Origin: Octopus sinensis
Lineage: Eukaryota
Reading direction: 5' to 3'
Assembly: GCF_006345805.1 (NCBI RefSeq)
Contig: NW_021824647.1
Coordinates: 1 to 38,777, forward strand
Length of the DNA: 38,777 nt
Part shown: positions 24,356 to 38,035 of the stretch, piece after piece
Position numbering within the stretch: position 1 is the first letter of the stretch
Layout of the letters: each line of letters starts with the position of its first letter
Notes under the pieces: model-generated
Seen by the model: only the letters and a program-made list of their open reading frames with translations
Told to the model about the DNA's origin: nothing
Database searches by the model: none
Position numbers and translations under genes: made by a program

Positions 24356-24837
24356 CTACTTCCCAGATGTAATCCACGCCATCTTTCCAATATAATCTAC
24401 CCTCATCTCGTCGTTTTAATCCACCCATCTCTCCTTTTCGGCTAATGCTAGTCCTTCCCTATATTGGATCTTTCGATCATATTGCTATAATAAAAAAAAA
24501 ACATGCATCCAAAACAATCATAACAAAACAACAAAACACTAAAAACAACAATAATAAATCAAACAAAGTATCCCTTGTCTGGGTGAGTGCTCGATTTGTT
24601 AAAAATAGCAGTTAAATATTCCTCAAATCCCAGAACCTCCCTGTTGTCTTAGAAAAAGGGACGCGTTTGAGAATGTGTTTGGCGATGGGTTTTCTTCACA
24701 TAAGAAAATGTCGAAATGGTTACAGCAGGAAAGTCTTTGAACACAGTTCTGCTCGGTTACAGCAAATTGGGTGCTAAAGAAAAAAAAACAAAACAAATAA
24801 AAAACGTGAATAACAACTTTGGTAATATCAACCAGTA

Positions 24838-24848
24838 TTACCACCACT

Positions 24849-24934
<86 letters not shown>

Positions 24935-25167
24935 CACCGCCGCCGTCACCGACATAACCACCACCACAACCATGACCACCACCACCATGACCACCACCAC
25001 CACCACCACCACCACTACCACCACCACCACTACCACCACCACCACTACCACCACCACTACCGCCACCACCACTACCGCCACCACCACTACCGCCACCACC
25101 ACCACCACCACCACCACCACACACCACCACCACCCGGACACACCACCACCACCACCACCACCACCGT

Positions 25168-25204
<37 letters not shown>

Positions 25205-25215
25205 ACCACCACCGT
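24838..25215. repeat. compound (GAC)n/(ACC)n/(GCC)n microsatellite
   Basis: Directly visible. Confidence 0.95.
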
Positions 25216-25359
25216 GACACCATGACCATCATCTTTAGTCATAGCATTACCGTCATCACCAACGATATTAAATGTCCCCCGCCACGTCCCAGCATCATCC
25301 TATAATCATCATTATCAATAACTTTATCTCTTTCTCTCTCTCTCTCTTTCTCTCTATGC

Positions 25360-25398
<39 letters not shown>

Positions 25399-25462
25399 TA
25401 TATATATATATACATGCGTTTCTCTATAAAGATATACATACACACACACACACACACACACA

Positions 25463-25521
<59 letters not shown>

Positions 25522-25957
25522 TGTATGTATGTATGTATATCTTTATTATAGAGAAACGCATTCGCTCGCTCGGGTGCACATACACGTTCATAAATACATA
25601 TATTCACATGAACACAACTCACACACACTTACACACACATAAATATTGCAAGGAAGGTAATGATATGATGTTACATTGTCTGCCCTCCTACCCATCCCCT
25701 CCACCTAATATTCTATTTACAGTGACAGCATGTTATCGTATGTGACATTTATTGTAGTGACTTCACTGTGGGATATCTGTGGATATTGGATGTCGACTCC
25801 TTCTGTGTGGATATTGGATATCTAACATGGTCTGTAATGGTGGAGGTAGTGGCAGTGGCAGTGGTGGTGGTGGTGGTGGTGTTGTGTTGGTATTGGTCGT
25901 GGTGGTTGGTGGACTGCGTGGAACTGTAGGAAATGTGTCTAGTATTTAGTATATATT

Positions 25958-26560
25958 GAGAGAAAGAGAGAGATGAGGCAGAGATAGAGATAGAGATAGA
26001 GAATGAGGGAGTGAGAGAGAGAGAGAGGGGGAGGAGAGAAAGGAGGGAGTCAGAAGACTTAATTAAACAGAGCCATTGAGAGGCAGAGACGGGTAAGTAG
26101 AATCACTTTACTAGAAAGAGAGGGGGAGGTGAAGGAAGAGAGGGAGGAAGAGGGGTGAGGAAGAGAGAAAAGGAGGGAGAGAGAGAGGAAGGAGAGAGAA
26201 AGAGAAAGAGGGGAGAGAGAGAGAGAGAGGGAAGGAAGGAGAAGGGGGGATGGAGAGTGAAAGAGAGTGAGGGACAGTGAAGGAAAACTTGAAACTTCAA
26301 ACATAGATAGGCAGACAGATGAATAGAAAGAAAGAAAGAAGGAAGGAAAGAAGGAAGGAAGGAAAGAAAGAAGGCCGGAAAGAAAGCAGGAAAGAAAGAA
26401 AGAAAGTGTGAGAGAAACGGAGTGAGAGGGTGAGAGAGATAGAAGAACAGAAAATGATAGACGCAGATAGATATATGATACAGAGAGAGGGAGAGAGAGA
26501 GGGCGAGAGAAATAGAGAGACGGGCGTGAAGTGAGATCTTTAGACAGAGATAAATACGTA

Positions 26561-26614
<54 letters not shown>

Positions 26615-26738
26615 GACGGTCCTAAATGTCCATGAAGATAGTAATAAGGAAAGCGATGTATGAGAGATTCAATTAAATAAACACTTTGTGAGACATAAAA
26701 GAGAGAAAGCCCGAAGGTCTGTTATATACAATGATCTG

Positions 26739-26783
<45 letters not shown>

Positions 26784-26870
26784 GATAGATATATAGATAG
26801 ATAGATAGATAGATAGATGGAGGGAGAGTGATAGAGAGAGAGGGGAAGGGGAGAGTGTGAGAGAGAGAAG
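25958..26870. repeat. polypurine (GA)n/(GAAA)n/(GATA)n region
   Basis: Directly visible strong purine strand bias. Confidence 0.9.
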
Positions 26871-27206
26871 AAGCCAAGAGTGGACGTGGGACGCATTACG
26901 TGAATAAATGTCCAGACAGAAACGGAATGTCAGAGAAGCAGGAATAGAAGCTCACACACGCAGAAACACAAACATACACGTGGCTATCCTCCCCCTTTTT
27001 TTTTTTTTTAACCCCCCCCCCCTTTTTTTGTCCTCTTTCTCTCCTTTTACGATCCCTTTTGATCGACCCCCCTTTTTTTATTTTTTATTTTTTATTTTAT
27101 TTTATTTTTTAAATTTAAAAAAAATTTTTTTTTACCTTCAAAAGAAAAGCTCTACCTTGTAATTTGTTCTATCTGTGTGCAGCCCTGTGTGGCTAATAAA
27201 GAAACA

Positions 27207-27255
<49 letters not shown>

Positions 27256-27271
27256 GTTTATCTATCTATCC

Positions 27272-27326
<55 letters not shown>

Positions 27327-27344
27327 CATCTATCTATCTATCTT

Positions 27345-27402
<58 letters not shown>

Positions 27403-27420
27403 CGATTGCCTGTCTGTCTG
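27207..27420. repeat. (TATC)n microsatellite
   Basis: Directly visible. Confidence 0.95.
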
Positions 27421-27425
27421 TGTTG

Positions 27426-27752
27426 GTGAAGATTTCGTGGTTTAGTGGTTCTGGTATTCGACACACGATCGCAAGGTCGTGAGTTCGGTACATGGCGGGG
27501 CGTTGAGTCATTGGCCAATGCATTTTATTTCTCGTTGCTCTACTCCCCTCAGATGGCAAAAATGAGTAGTATCTTTAATTCAATGGGGGTCAGCCTTGTC
27601 ACATTTTGTGTCACGCTGAATCTCCCTGAGAACCACGTTAAGGAGCCACGTGTCTGTGGAGTGCTCAGCCACATACACGTTAATTACACTAGGAGGCTGT
27701 TCCGTTGATCGGATCTTCTGAAACACTCATCGTCGTAACGAACGGAGATCCA
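27426..27752 (+). mobile_element. tRNA-derived SINE with family C-like head/CORE and family D tail
   Basis: gtgaag..tggtttagtggtt A box, gagttcg B box and ttttatttctcgttgctc body like 13310-13450; 27590-27752 matches 30925-31092. Confidence 0.85.
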
Positions 27753-27786
27753 GTTTTATTGCTGTTGCTGGTGTTGTTGTTTGCCT

Positions 27787-27980
27787 TTTATCTTCTTCCC
27801 TTGTTTCAGTCATTGAATGGCGGCCATACTAGGGCACCGCCTTGAAGAATTTTCAGTCGAATTCTTTTCTATTTTTTTCAACTCTCTACTTATTCTATCG
27901 GTCTTTTTCACCGAGCAGCTAAGTTGTGGGGACATAAACATACCAACGCATGTTGTCAAACCGTAGTGGGAGACAAACAC
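27787..27980 (-). mobile_element. SINE family A, 3' half
   Basis: ttgtttcagtcatt..gcggccatactagggcaccgcctt..tacttattctatcggtctttt..gctaagtt..ggggacataaaca is the reverse complement of the family A tail. Confidence 0.85.
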
Positions 27981-28089
27981 ACACGCACCCCCCCCCCCCA
28001 CACACACACGCACACGCGCAAACACACACGCACAAACACACACACACACGCACACAACACACACGTACACAACACACACACGCACACAC

Positions 28090-28792
28090 GATGATACGAT
28101 GACGGTGATGTCGTCCGAATGCGCCGAAACCGTTTTCCGAACCCTTGATGTCACGAGGTGTCCTTCATAGCCTTCAACTTCCGCAGCAATGTTTGAGAGC
28201 CAAAACATAGAGAAGTGGAGAGAGAGGACATCCTTGCAGTATCGATCGTTCAATGCAGAACGGTTCCGAGAAGAAACCGTTCACCCAAACTATCGATTCA
28301 ATGTTGCTATACAATGCGGTGATCCAGCCACGGAAGGTCGGGCCAAACTCGGCCGCCGCAAGAACCGCTACCAGATACAGACGGTCAGCTCTATCGAACG
28401 CTTTCGATTGGTCTAAATGGGCCATAATCCTACCCTTGCCAGGAATTCTATTTACGCGCTCTAAGGTATAGCGTAGAAGGTGTAGATTGTCGCGAATCGA
28501 TCTGCCAGGGATGGCGCATGTTTGCGTCTCCGCAACAAGACTATCCACGACACGCGCCAACCATTTTGCTAATACCTTGGCCAAAATCTTCACTTCTGCA
28601 TTAAGCAGATTGATGGGCCTAAAATTATGAATTACGTCCCCATTGTATGGGTCCTTTCTTAGCAGCGTCCACCCACGTTCACAGACTCCCATTCTGCTGC
28701 CAGTTGGTATAGACGCATGCAAGTAGGTGTCCAAACAAGTCTGGAATACAGTTCGTGTGGAAGAACATCTATTCCCGGCGACTTGTCCGGCA
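28090..28792 (-). mobile_element. L1/Tx1-type non-LTR retrotransposon reverse transcriptase fragment (frameshifted)
   Basis: DKSPGIDVLPHELY, NFRPINLLNAEVKILAKVLA, QTCAIPGRSIRDNL, LDQSKAFDR, QGCPLSPLLYVL and, after a frameshift, VSAHSDDITVIV (YADD motif degraded). Confidence 0.92.
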
Positions 28793-29247
28793 ATGGTCGA
28801 TAATATAATACCGGTTGAGAACTAGGGTCTGCTTAACTACTCCTTGGTAAGTGTATAAAAAACTGCACCCCGCTCTCAAGCCATGTCGAGCCTCATCAAA
28901 CCAGTATGATCTCAAGCTCAAATTCCCCCACCCCACACCACATTGGACGTGGTTGATGGAGGAAACATCCTGAGGCCTTAGATCTGCTGTGGATTGAACA
29001 TAGACATTTTAATCCCAAAAATATTGTTCATGTTGCTCATTTCTTAGGTTGTCATTGCTGTTCCTGTTGTTGTTGTTGATGTTGTCATTAGTGTTTATGC
29101 TGCTGTAATTGATGTTTTCAGTGCTGTTTACGACGTTGTTTTTTTTTTATGCCGTTTTCTTTTTTGCTATTCAAGTCGTTAACTGAAGATATTTGTCTTC
29201 GTTGTTGTTTTCACATTTTCTTGCAGCAGCAACAGCAAAACCTGCAT

Positions 29248-29273
29248 TAGTAGTAGTAGTAGTAGTAGTAGTT

Positions 29274-29310
<37 letters not shown>

Positions 29311-29355
29311 CAGCAGCAGCAACTGCAGCAGCAGCAACTGCAGCAGCCACAGCAG
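29248..29355. repeat. (TAG)n/(CAG)n microsatellite
   Basis: Directly visible. Confidence 0.95.
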
Positions 29356-29589
29356 CAATTATTCGTGGCGGCGGCGGCGTTGGCGGTGTTGTAGATATAG
29401 AATTATCCATGTCTGTGTTCTAAAGATAACACCCTAGACTCTTATAGGTTAAGGTGTGTCACTTTATCTAAATTGACATTATTGAAATATTTATCAGTGA
29501 TGCTCTTCTCATCAACTAGAAACGGTAAATGTCAATGTTGTACACACAACTAACTGGTGGATCTTCATTGGGTTTGAACTTTCGGATCT

Positions 29590-30700
29590 TGTGCTTACTG
29601 TCTCCCATACATCATGTTCACACGTTCGTTCATTCGGTTATTCAACGTTTAACTCATTCACTTATTAATTTATCAATTAATTCATTCATAATTATATTCA
29701 CCCATTTTGCTAGTCATCGTCCCGTTCGGTCATTAGTTATTTTATTAACTCACTTAAGTATTTCCTCATTTACCCACTCATTCATTAATTCCATCATTCG
29801 TCTATTACCTCATTCGCATTTTCATAAATTTTCTATTATTTATTCATTCATTCATTCACTTTCAAAAATCATTCGCTGTTTTTCTTTATTCATTTATCCA
29901 TCTATTCACTCATTTTCCATGTTTAATCATCATTTCATTCATTCATTCACACATCCACTAACTTTTCTCATTCAGTTATTCCATCATTCATATTTTAATG
30001 AATTTTTTCGTATTTCATTCATTCATTCATTCATTCATTTATATTTATCAATTCATCCATTTACATTCATTCATTCATTCATTCACACAATCATTCGGTT
30101 ATTTACTTCTACCTTTCATTCATTCACGTATTCGATCATTTATTTATTGAAATATTTCATCTATTCACTTATTCCTTTCTTCATTCCTTAATTCACTAAT
30201 TCATTCATATACACATCCACACATTTTCCTCATTCAGTAATTCCATCATTCATTCATTCCTTCATTCACACTCTAATAAATTATCCATTATTCATTCTTT
30301 CATTCACTCACCCATTTACTTATTCATTTATTCATCTAATTACTCATTCCCTTGTTTATCCATTAATTTATATAAATTCTTTCATACACACATCCACACA
30401 TTTTCTCATTTAGTAATTCCATCATTCTTTCATTCCTCTCATTCGCATCTTAATAAGTTTTCTAACTTTCATTCAGGCAGGTATTCAGTCATTTACTTAT
30501 TCACTCTTTCATTCATATACGCATATTTATTACAGATTTTCTAATTTATACATTCGCTTATTCACCCATACATTTATTTACACATTCATACCAATTCTCT
30601 TTCAATGATACACTCATTCACCGATTATATCATTTATCCATTCACTCGTTCGTATTCTTACAAATTTTCATTCATTCAGTCTTTTCACTTTCTCATTTGT
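29590..30700. repeat. degenerate (ATTC)n tract with internal higher-order duplications
   Basis: ATTC-derived sequence throughout; block cacatccac..ttctcatt.agt.attccatcattc recurs near 29948, 30211 and 30388. Confidence 0.85.
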
Positions 30701-30712
30701 TCACTAATGAGA

Positions 30713-31097
30713 GGAGGCGCAATGACCCAGTGGTTAGGGCAGCGGACTCGCGGTCGTAGGATCGCGGTTTCGATTCCCAGACCGGGCGTTGTGAGTGTTT
30801 GTTGAGCGAAAACACCTAAAGCTCCACGAGGCTCCGGCTGGGGATGGTGGTGATCCCTGCTGTACTCTTTCACCACAACTTTCTCTCACTCTTTCTTCTT
30901 GTTTCTGTTGTACCTGTATTTCAAAGGGCCGGCTTTGTCACTCTCTGTGTCACGCTGAATATCCCCGAAAACTACGTTAAGGGTACACGTGTCTGTGGAG
31001 TGCTCATCCACATACACGTTAATTTCACGAGCAGGCTGTTCCGTTGATTCGGATCAACCGGAACCCTCGTCGTTGTAACCGACGGAGTGCTTCCATC
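30713..31097 (+). mobile_element. tRNA-derived SINE (family D), full length with 11-bp TSD
   Basis: ggaggcgcaatgacccagtggttagggcagcggactcgcggtcg..ggtttcgattccc head; exact TSD cactaatgaga at 30702-30712 and 31098-31108. Confidence 0.95.
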
Positions 31098-31424
31098 CAC
31101 TAATGAGAAAGGGAGATAATCGCAAGAATGAAGACTACCTCTGACAGTTGCACGCCGTGAAGGAAAAGGCATTCTGTCCGTCTGGAAACATGGGGGCAGC
31201 TGTGGTGGAATCGATGAGTGTCAGAAGTGAACGGTTAACTGTAGAAATGAACGTGTGTGTTTAGGAATAAATAGACACCAACGCTCATCTTTCAAATAAT
31301 TTATCCATTCGATTTATTCGTTCATTCAATCATATATATTCAGTTATTCAATAATTCATTCGCACTCCATGACCTGATGGCTTAATGTAGTCAAGTGTTT
31401 GACCCGCACATCTATTACGTCATC

Positions 31425-31460
<36 letters not shown>

Positions 31461-31744
31461 ACACACACACACAGACACACACACACGTACCAGCCCCAAA
31501 TATATATGCATATATACATACACACTTACATGTGTATATATACTGTGTGCATATACATGTATGCGTAAGTGTGTGTGTGTGTATGAATATATACATACAT
31601 GTGTGTGTATATATATATATACATCCATATTTTTGTATGTATGTATGCATATATAGATCTATACATACATGCATATATATATATATATATATATTATAAT
31701 ATATATATATAATATATATATATATATAATATATAATATATATA

Positions 31745-31903
31745 TCAAACTGTCGATTAATATTAACGAATGCAAAGTGGAGGAGAAGTTAGTAATCATG
31801 AGACACCTCTCTCCCAATGAAACTAGATCTGTAGGAAACCGTTCGGTAATATTAACTGCCCGTTGAGAGTATTTCATATTGATAATGATACTACTACTAC
31901 TAT

Positions 31904-31978
<75 letters not shown>

Positions 31979-32210
31979 CACTACTACTAGTAGTCGTAGT
32001 AGTAGCAGTAGTAGTAGTAGTAGTAGTGGTAGTAATACAGCCACTGTATTACCTAATATACAACAACCTGCGTTTTTTTCTGACATGAAAAAAATCTTAT
32101 TGGAAAATTGCATGTATATGTGTGAGGGCCTGTGTGTGTATGCCTATGTGTGTGTACAGATATAGAAGCACACATATATATACACACATATATATATATA
32201 TATACCCCCC

Positions 32211-32245
<35 letters not shown>

Positions 32246-32861
32246 CATGCGTGTGTATATATACATATACATATTTATATATATGTGTATATGTGTACGT
32301 GTATTAGGGTGTGCTTGCCTCTTTTAAATGTTGCAGTATGAGGGCCGTTGTTGAGGCAGCAAACCTTGGCATTTCCATTGACGGGGTGCAAACCATATCT
32401 CTATTACTTGATGACAAACCCAGTTGCCAACGATATCAAGTAACAAGTCTCCTGATCCATCGCACAAACCATCCTTGTGTTTATCCTTCAAGCACATTCG
32501 CAGAAGTGCTGCTTTTAACTGCAGAATATAATTTTGGCAAGTTAATTACCGCTAGATGTAGAGACCATGCCTTCATATGCACGTATTATTCGCGATGCAA
32601 TAGGCTACTGTACAGCGATGCAGGAGGAGCGATGGGGAGAGTTAATATGACCCAGAAAAAGGTCAAGCAAGCAATTCTTATCAGGCCACAGTGATATTTA
32701 TAAAATATAGGAAGTAGTTCCCTATATACTGATCACGTGGTTGCGAAAAACATTTGACGTTTATCTATCTATCTATCTCCCTCCCTCTCTATCTATCTAT
32801 ATACATATACAGATACCCACACGCACACACACACAGACACACACACGCACACACGCACACT

Positions 32862-32920
<59 letters not shown>

Positions 32921-33147
32921 ACACAAGTACATATATATAACAAAAAGGTTTGTAAGGCCAGTTTCCTAAATTCTGTGGAGTTACTCAATTTTTGCAGGGC
33001 GAAGTGGATCGGCGGAATATGAAATGAAGTGTTTTGCTCAGAGCACAAAGCATTCCCCTGATCAAGAATCGAAACCACCATCCTACATTTATGAGTGAAA
33101 ACCCTGACCACACAGCCACACACCTCTATTACGCATACATACTTACG

Positions 33148-33221
<74 letters not shown>

Positions 33222-33381
33222 AACTGTCGATTAATATTAACGAATGCAAAGTGGAGGGAGAAGTTAGTAATCATGATGAGACACCTCTCTCCAATGAAAC
33301 TAGATCTGTAGGAAACCGTTCGGTAATATTAACTGCCCGTTGAGAGTATTTCATATTGATAATGATACTACTACTACTATA

Positions 33382-33455
<74 letters not shown>

Positions 33456-33688
33456 ACTACTACTAGTAGTCGTAGTAGTAGCTAGTAGTAGTGTAGTAGT
33501 AGTAGTGGTAGTAATACAGCCACTGTATTACCTAATTACAACAACCTGCGTTTTTTTCTGACATGAAAAAAATCTTATTGGAAAATTGCATGTATATGTG
33601 TGAGGGCCTGTGTGTGTATGCCTATGTGTGTGTACAGATATAGAAGCACACATATATATATACACACATATATATATATATACCCCCC

Positions 33689-33727
<39 letters not shown>

Positions 33728-34623
33728 CATGCGTGTGTATATATACATATATATTATATATATGTGTATATGTGTACGTGTATTAGGGTTGTGCTTGCCT
33801 CTTTTAAATGTTGCAGTATGAGGGCCGTTGTTGAGGCAGCAAACCTTGGCATTCCATTGACGGGGTGCAAACCATATCTCTATTACTTGATGACAAACCC
33901 AGTTGCCAACGATATCACGTAACAAGTCTCCTGATCCATCGCACAAACCATCCCTTTGTGTTTATCTTCAAGCACATTCGCAGAAGTGCTGCTTTTAACT
34001 GCAGAATATAATTTGGCAAGTTAATTACCGCTAGATGTAGAGACATGCCTTCATATGCACGTATTATTCGCGATGCAATAGGCTACTGTACAGCGATGCA
34101 GGAGGAGCGATGGGGAGAGTTAATATGACCCAGAAAAAGGTCAAGCAAGCAATTCTTATCGGCCACAGTGATATTTATAAAATATAGGAAGTAGTTCCCT
34201 AGATACTGATCACGTGGTTGCGAAAAACATTTGACGTTTATCTATCTATCTATCTCCCTCCCTCTCTATCTATCTATATACATATACAGATACCCACACG
34301 CACACACACACAGACACACACACGCACACACGCACACTCATACACACACACACACACACACACACACAATATATATATATATATATATATAATACATACA
34401 CAGTACATATATATAACAAAAAGGTTTGTAAGGCCAGTTTCCTAAATTCTGTGGAGTTACTCAATTTTTGCAGGGCGAAGTGGATCGGCGGAATATGAAA
34501 TGAAGTGTTTTGCTCAGAGCACAAAGCATTCCCCTGATCAAGAATCGAAACCACCATCCTACATTTATGAGTGAAAACCCTGACCACACAGCCACACACC
34601 TCTATTACGCATACATACTTACG

Positions 34624-34667
<44 letters not shown>

Positions 34668-34690
34668 ATATAATATATATATAATATATA
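31745..34690. repeat. tandem duplication, ~1.47-kb unit x2
   Basis: tcaaactgtcgattaatattaacg starts at 31745 and 33219 (period 1474); similarity runs to acttacgtacatgt at 33141 and 34617. Confidence 0.97.
33015..33127 (-). mobile_element. CORE-like SINE head fragment (duplicated at about 34492-34602)
   Basis: tgaaatgaagtgttttgctcagagcac..gaatcgaaacc..ccctgaccacacagccac parallels 1920-2030. Confidence 0.7.
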
Positions 34691-34851
34691 TATATATATA
34701 TGCATACATATATACATACATAGCAACCTAATGCACACATATACAACACTCACACGCACACACACACACGCATATATATATATATATATACACGCTTACA
34801 CAAACACACGCATACTCAAACACACACGCATACACACCACACCATATATAT

Positions 34852-34894
<43 letters not shown>

Positions 34895-34904
34895 AGAGAG
34901 AGGA

Positions 34905-34929
34905 GAGATAGATAGATAGATAGATAGAT

Positions 34930-35016
<87 letters not shown>

Positions 35017-35027
35017 CAGATAGATAA
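34905..35027. repeat. (GATA)n microsatellite
   Basis: Directly visible. Confidence 0.95.
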
Positions 35028-35139
35028 ATATAACAGTAATCAGTTATATCGGAGAGCTACGTGCGTGACTTTTTACAATGTCCTCTGGTGAATTTCTTGT
35101 GCGTCCACAGAGAATACGTATGAATAGACATCACCAATG

Positions 35140-35340
35140 GAGACCTCACTAAATCGGAAAATTAGTGAAGCTCAAACGCAGCGACTACTGATAAAATTTC
35201 CTCAAACACACAGAATATTCTATATTGCACATATCCATTATCCATGAACATGTTATTTCCAGTTTTAGAAACTAATTGATCAGCACAGGAGATAGAAAAC
35301 TCATTATGCAAATCGGAGTTTCCCATTTAGTGAGACTCTC
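35140..35340. mobile_element. MITE-like element
   Basis: Terminal inverted repeat with 15/16 match: ctcactaaatcggaaa (35145-35160) and tttcccatttagtgag (35319-35334). No clear TSD. Confidence 0.5.
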
Positions 35341-35716
35341 AAGGGCGTGGACTCCATGTAAAATTTATATGTATACAAATTAGAGGTGGATACACAATTC
35401 CGGAAGTATGTTCCGAAAAAGGACCAAAACTTGTGAAGCTGACCTCGTTTCTCTGCTAAAGCAAGACTAGAGATGTGATTGTTTATATTTGTTCAGAGTA
35501 ACTGATTGCATACTGTAACAACTTGTTTTGCATACTGACATTATATAATATGGTATATTTGCAAAACCATTCTGTCTTGTATGCAGAAACACTATTTCCA
35601 ATCCAGGTGGAAGACCGTTGGTCTGTCACTCATCGATGTAGAGATAGCAACCTGGGTAATGAAAAAGCCGATATCTTGGCCTTGAGACTCGTATTTCTAA
35701 TATTTTTGCATTCGCT

Positions 35717-35930
35717 AACGAGTTGAGCCGGAAGAATCCTTCGTACGCCGGTCAAAACGCTTGGCGACATTTCGTCCATTTTTACGTTTTAAGTTCAAAT
35801 TCCACACAGATTGACTTTGCCTTTTATCCTTTTGGCATCGATAAAATAAAGGCACCATTTGAGCTTTGGGGGTCGATGTAATCAACTGCCCAGAGATTAT
35901 CGGCCTTGTGCCGAAATTTGAAACCATTAT
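35717..35930 (+). mobile_element. SINE family B, degenerate full length
   Basis: aagttcaaattcc..ttgactttgccttttatccttttggcatcgataaaataa..ggggtcgatgtaatc..ggccttgtgccgaaatttgaaacc. Confidence 0.85.
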
Positions 35931-36161
35931 TTTCGTATTCATTCCTTACACCCGCTGCCACGTTGCTGCGGCGCCGCTTCAAGACTGGTACAACGCCGCT
36001 GCAGTGCCGCTGCAACGCTGCCGCTACTACAAGCACCACCTAGCACTACCAACATCGCCGCAAAATCACAAACGTATCAAATTGTTTAGTATGAATAGGA
36101 ACTAATTTTAGAAATTTAATTTTATATACATTACGTAACGCATAAACTATATATATATTAT

Positions 36162-36222
<61 letters not shown>

Positions 36223-37487
36223 AGATAGATATATATGTGTGTATGTGAGCATGTATGCATGCAGATTTGTATACATGTATGTATAAATGTATAGGAAGAA
36301 AAATATTTCAAGTGTTTTCAAGTTTGAAGTTATGAATATTAAGTGTATAGCTCATAATTAGAAGGACCAATTACGAATCAATTTACGTGCATACATATTG
36401 TATTCCTGTGCGTATCCGTATCATATACATAGATACGTACGTCCATATGTATGTGCATCCATGCATATATATATATATATACGTGTATGCATAGATATAC
36501 ACATACTTATTTATATATACGTGTATGCATAGATATACACATACTTATTTATGAATTTCAATGCATATTTAGGACTATATGCATAAACAAGCAAATACAC
36601 ACACACACTTACACGTACACATGTATCTCTATGTATTTATATTTACATATTTACATACGTATGAGTATATTTCTACGCAATAAGTGTTATATTTATAAAT
36701 GTTAAGTATGTATATACATACATACATACATACGTATATATATATATATTATATATATATATATATATATGTTTATGATGTATGTGTATATACATACATA
36801 TATATATATGTATACATACTCATACATATTTCTACATATATATGTATACATACATTGGCACACATTTATATATGTATTTCCACACACACACACAACACAC
36901 ACACACACACACACACATTCACATACACATACACACTTACGTAGGGTTATTTTATACGTAGAGGGATGGAGGAAAGATGGCTTAAATATGTAAAAAAAAT
37001 GGAGCACAGTTTGTTGGCTGGGAACGAGGCTGGAGGTGAATTATTCTAACACAATTATTATTATTATTATTATTCTAATACAACAATGTAATATAATGAA
37101 GCAATAACATGAACGTAACGCAAACAAACTGTAAATACGTAACAATTAGCAACGACAGACATTGAAGAAAAAAATTGTATACCAATAACAACAGCTGCAA
37201 TAACAACAATAACAACAATAACAACGGTAGCAACAACAAGTAGAACAACGAGGTACTGTAAAACCATAAAGAAATTTGTATATAAGAATTGTTTAATAAT
37301 TGTAATGTATTTGTTTAATGGCTAAACGGAATAATAAGGTTGAGGTAAATAGCGGGTGGATGTGAAAGGGGGCAAAATGTTTTCACTTTTAGATTATCAA
37401 CGTAGAGGTAGGTAGGGGCCTAGTTGGAAATGTATAGGGGGATATTAAATGTGTGGATGACGAGGGTGGTGATGGTGGGGTAGTGAA

Positions 37488-37639
37488 GTTCTGAGTTCAA
37501 ATTCCACCGAGGCCGACTTTTCCTTTCATTCTTTCGCGGACGATAAATTAAGTACCAGTTGTGTACAGGGGTCGATCTAATCAACTGGCCCCCTCCCGCC
37601 AAAATTTCGGACCTTGTGCCTAGAGTAAAAAGGAATATT
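37488..37639 (+). mobile_element. SINE family B, 5'-truncated
   Basis: gttctgagttcaaattccaccgaggccgacttttcctttcattc..gataaattaagtaccagtt..ggggtcgatctaatc. Confidence 0.9.
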
Positions 37640-37799
37640 TTTCTACGTGAAACAATCATCGTATCAGAGCAAATATCTGCAGGAATCAATTATCTGACAT
37701 TCTCCAATTGTTTACCTGCTACGTAAGGGTACCTTTTTTTGACTTTTTTGTTTGGTTTTATCATCATTTGTTTCCGTTATTATTATTGATACGAGTTAT

Positions 37800-37959
37800 T
37801 CTTTTTCTTTCCTTCTTGTCTTTCTTTCTTTTTTTCTTTCTTTCTTTCTTTCTTAATTTCTTAATTTCTTAATTTCTTTCTTTCTTTTTCTCTTTCTTTC
37901 TTTCTTTCTTTCTTTCTCCTCGTTCACCTCCTCGTCGTCGTCGTACTCTTCATTCTTCT

Positions 37960-37991
<32 letters not shown>

Positions 37992-38035
37992 TTCTTCTTC
38001 TTCTTCTTTTTCTTCTTCTTCTTCTTCTTCTTCTA
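37800..38035. repeat. (TTTC)n/(TTC)n microsatellite
   Basis: Directly visible. Confidence 0.95.

Noticed and set aside
24716-25225. Poly-Asp/His 169-aa ORF as a metal-binding or biomineral protein
   Set aside because: Pure GAC/ACC repeats are open in several frames on both strands and show no synonymous codon variation.
26990-27135. Unusual homopolymer-rich block
   Set aside because: Alternating long C/T/A runs are typical of low-quality long-read consensus, so it is probably an artefact.
28174-28734. Active reverse transcriptase gene
   Set aside because: Frameshifts on both sides, YADD changed to HSDD and truncation into a CA tract; kept only as a LINE fragment.
29529-30191. 220-aa hydrophobic ORF
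   Set aside because: It is the translation of a degenerate (ATTC)n tract.
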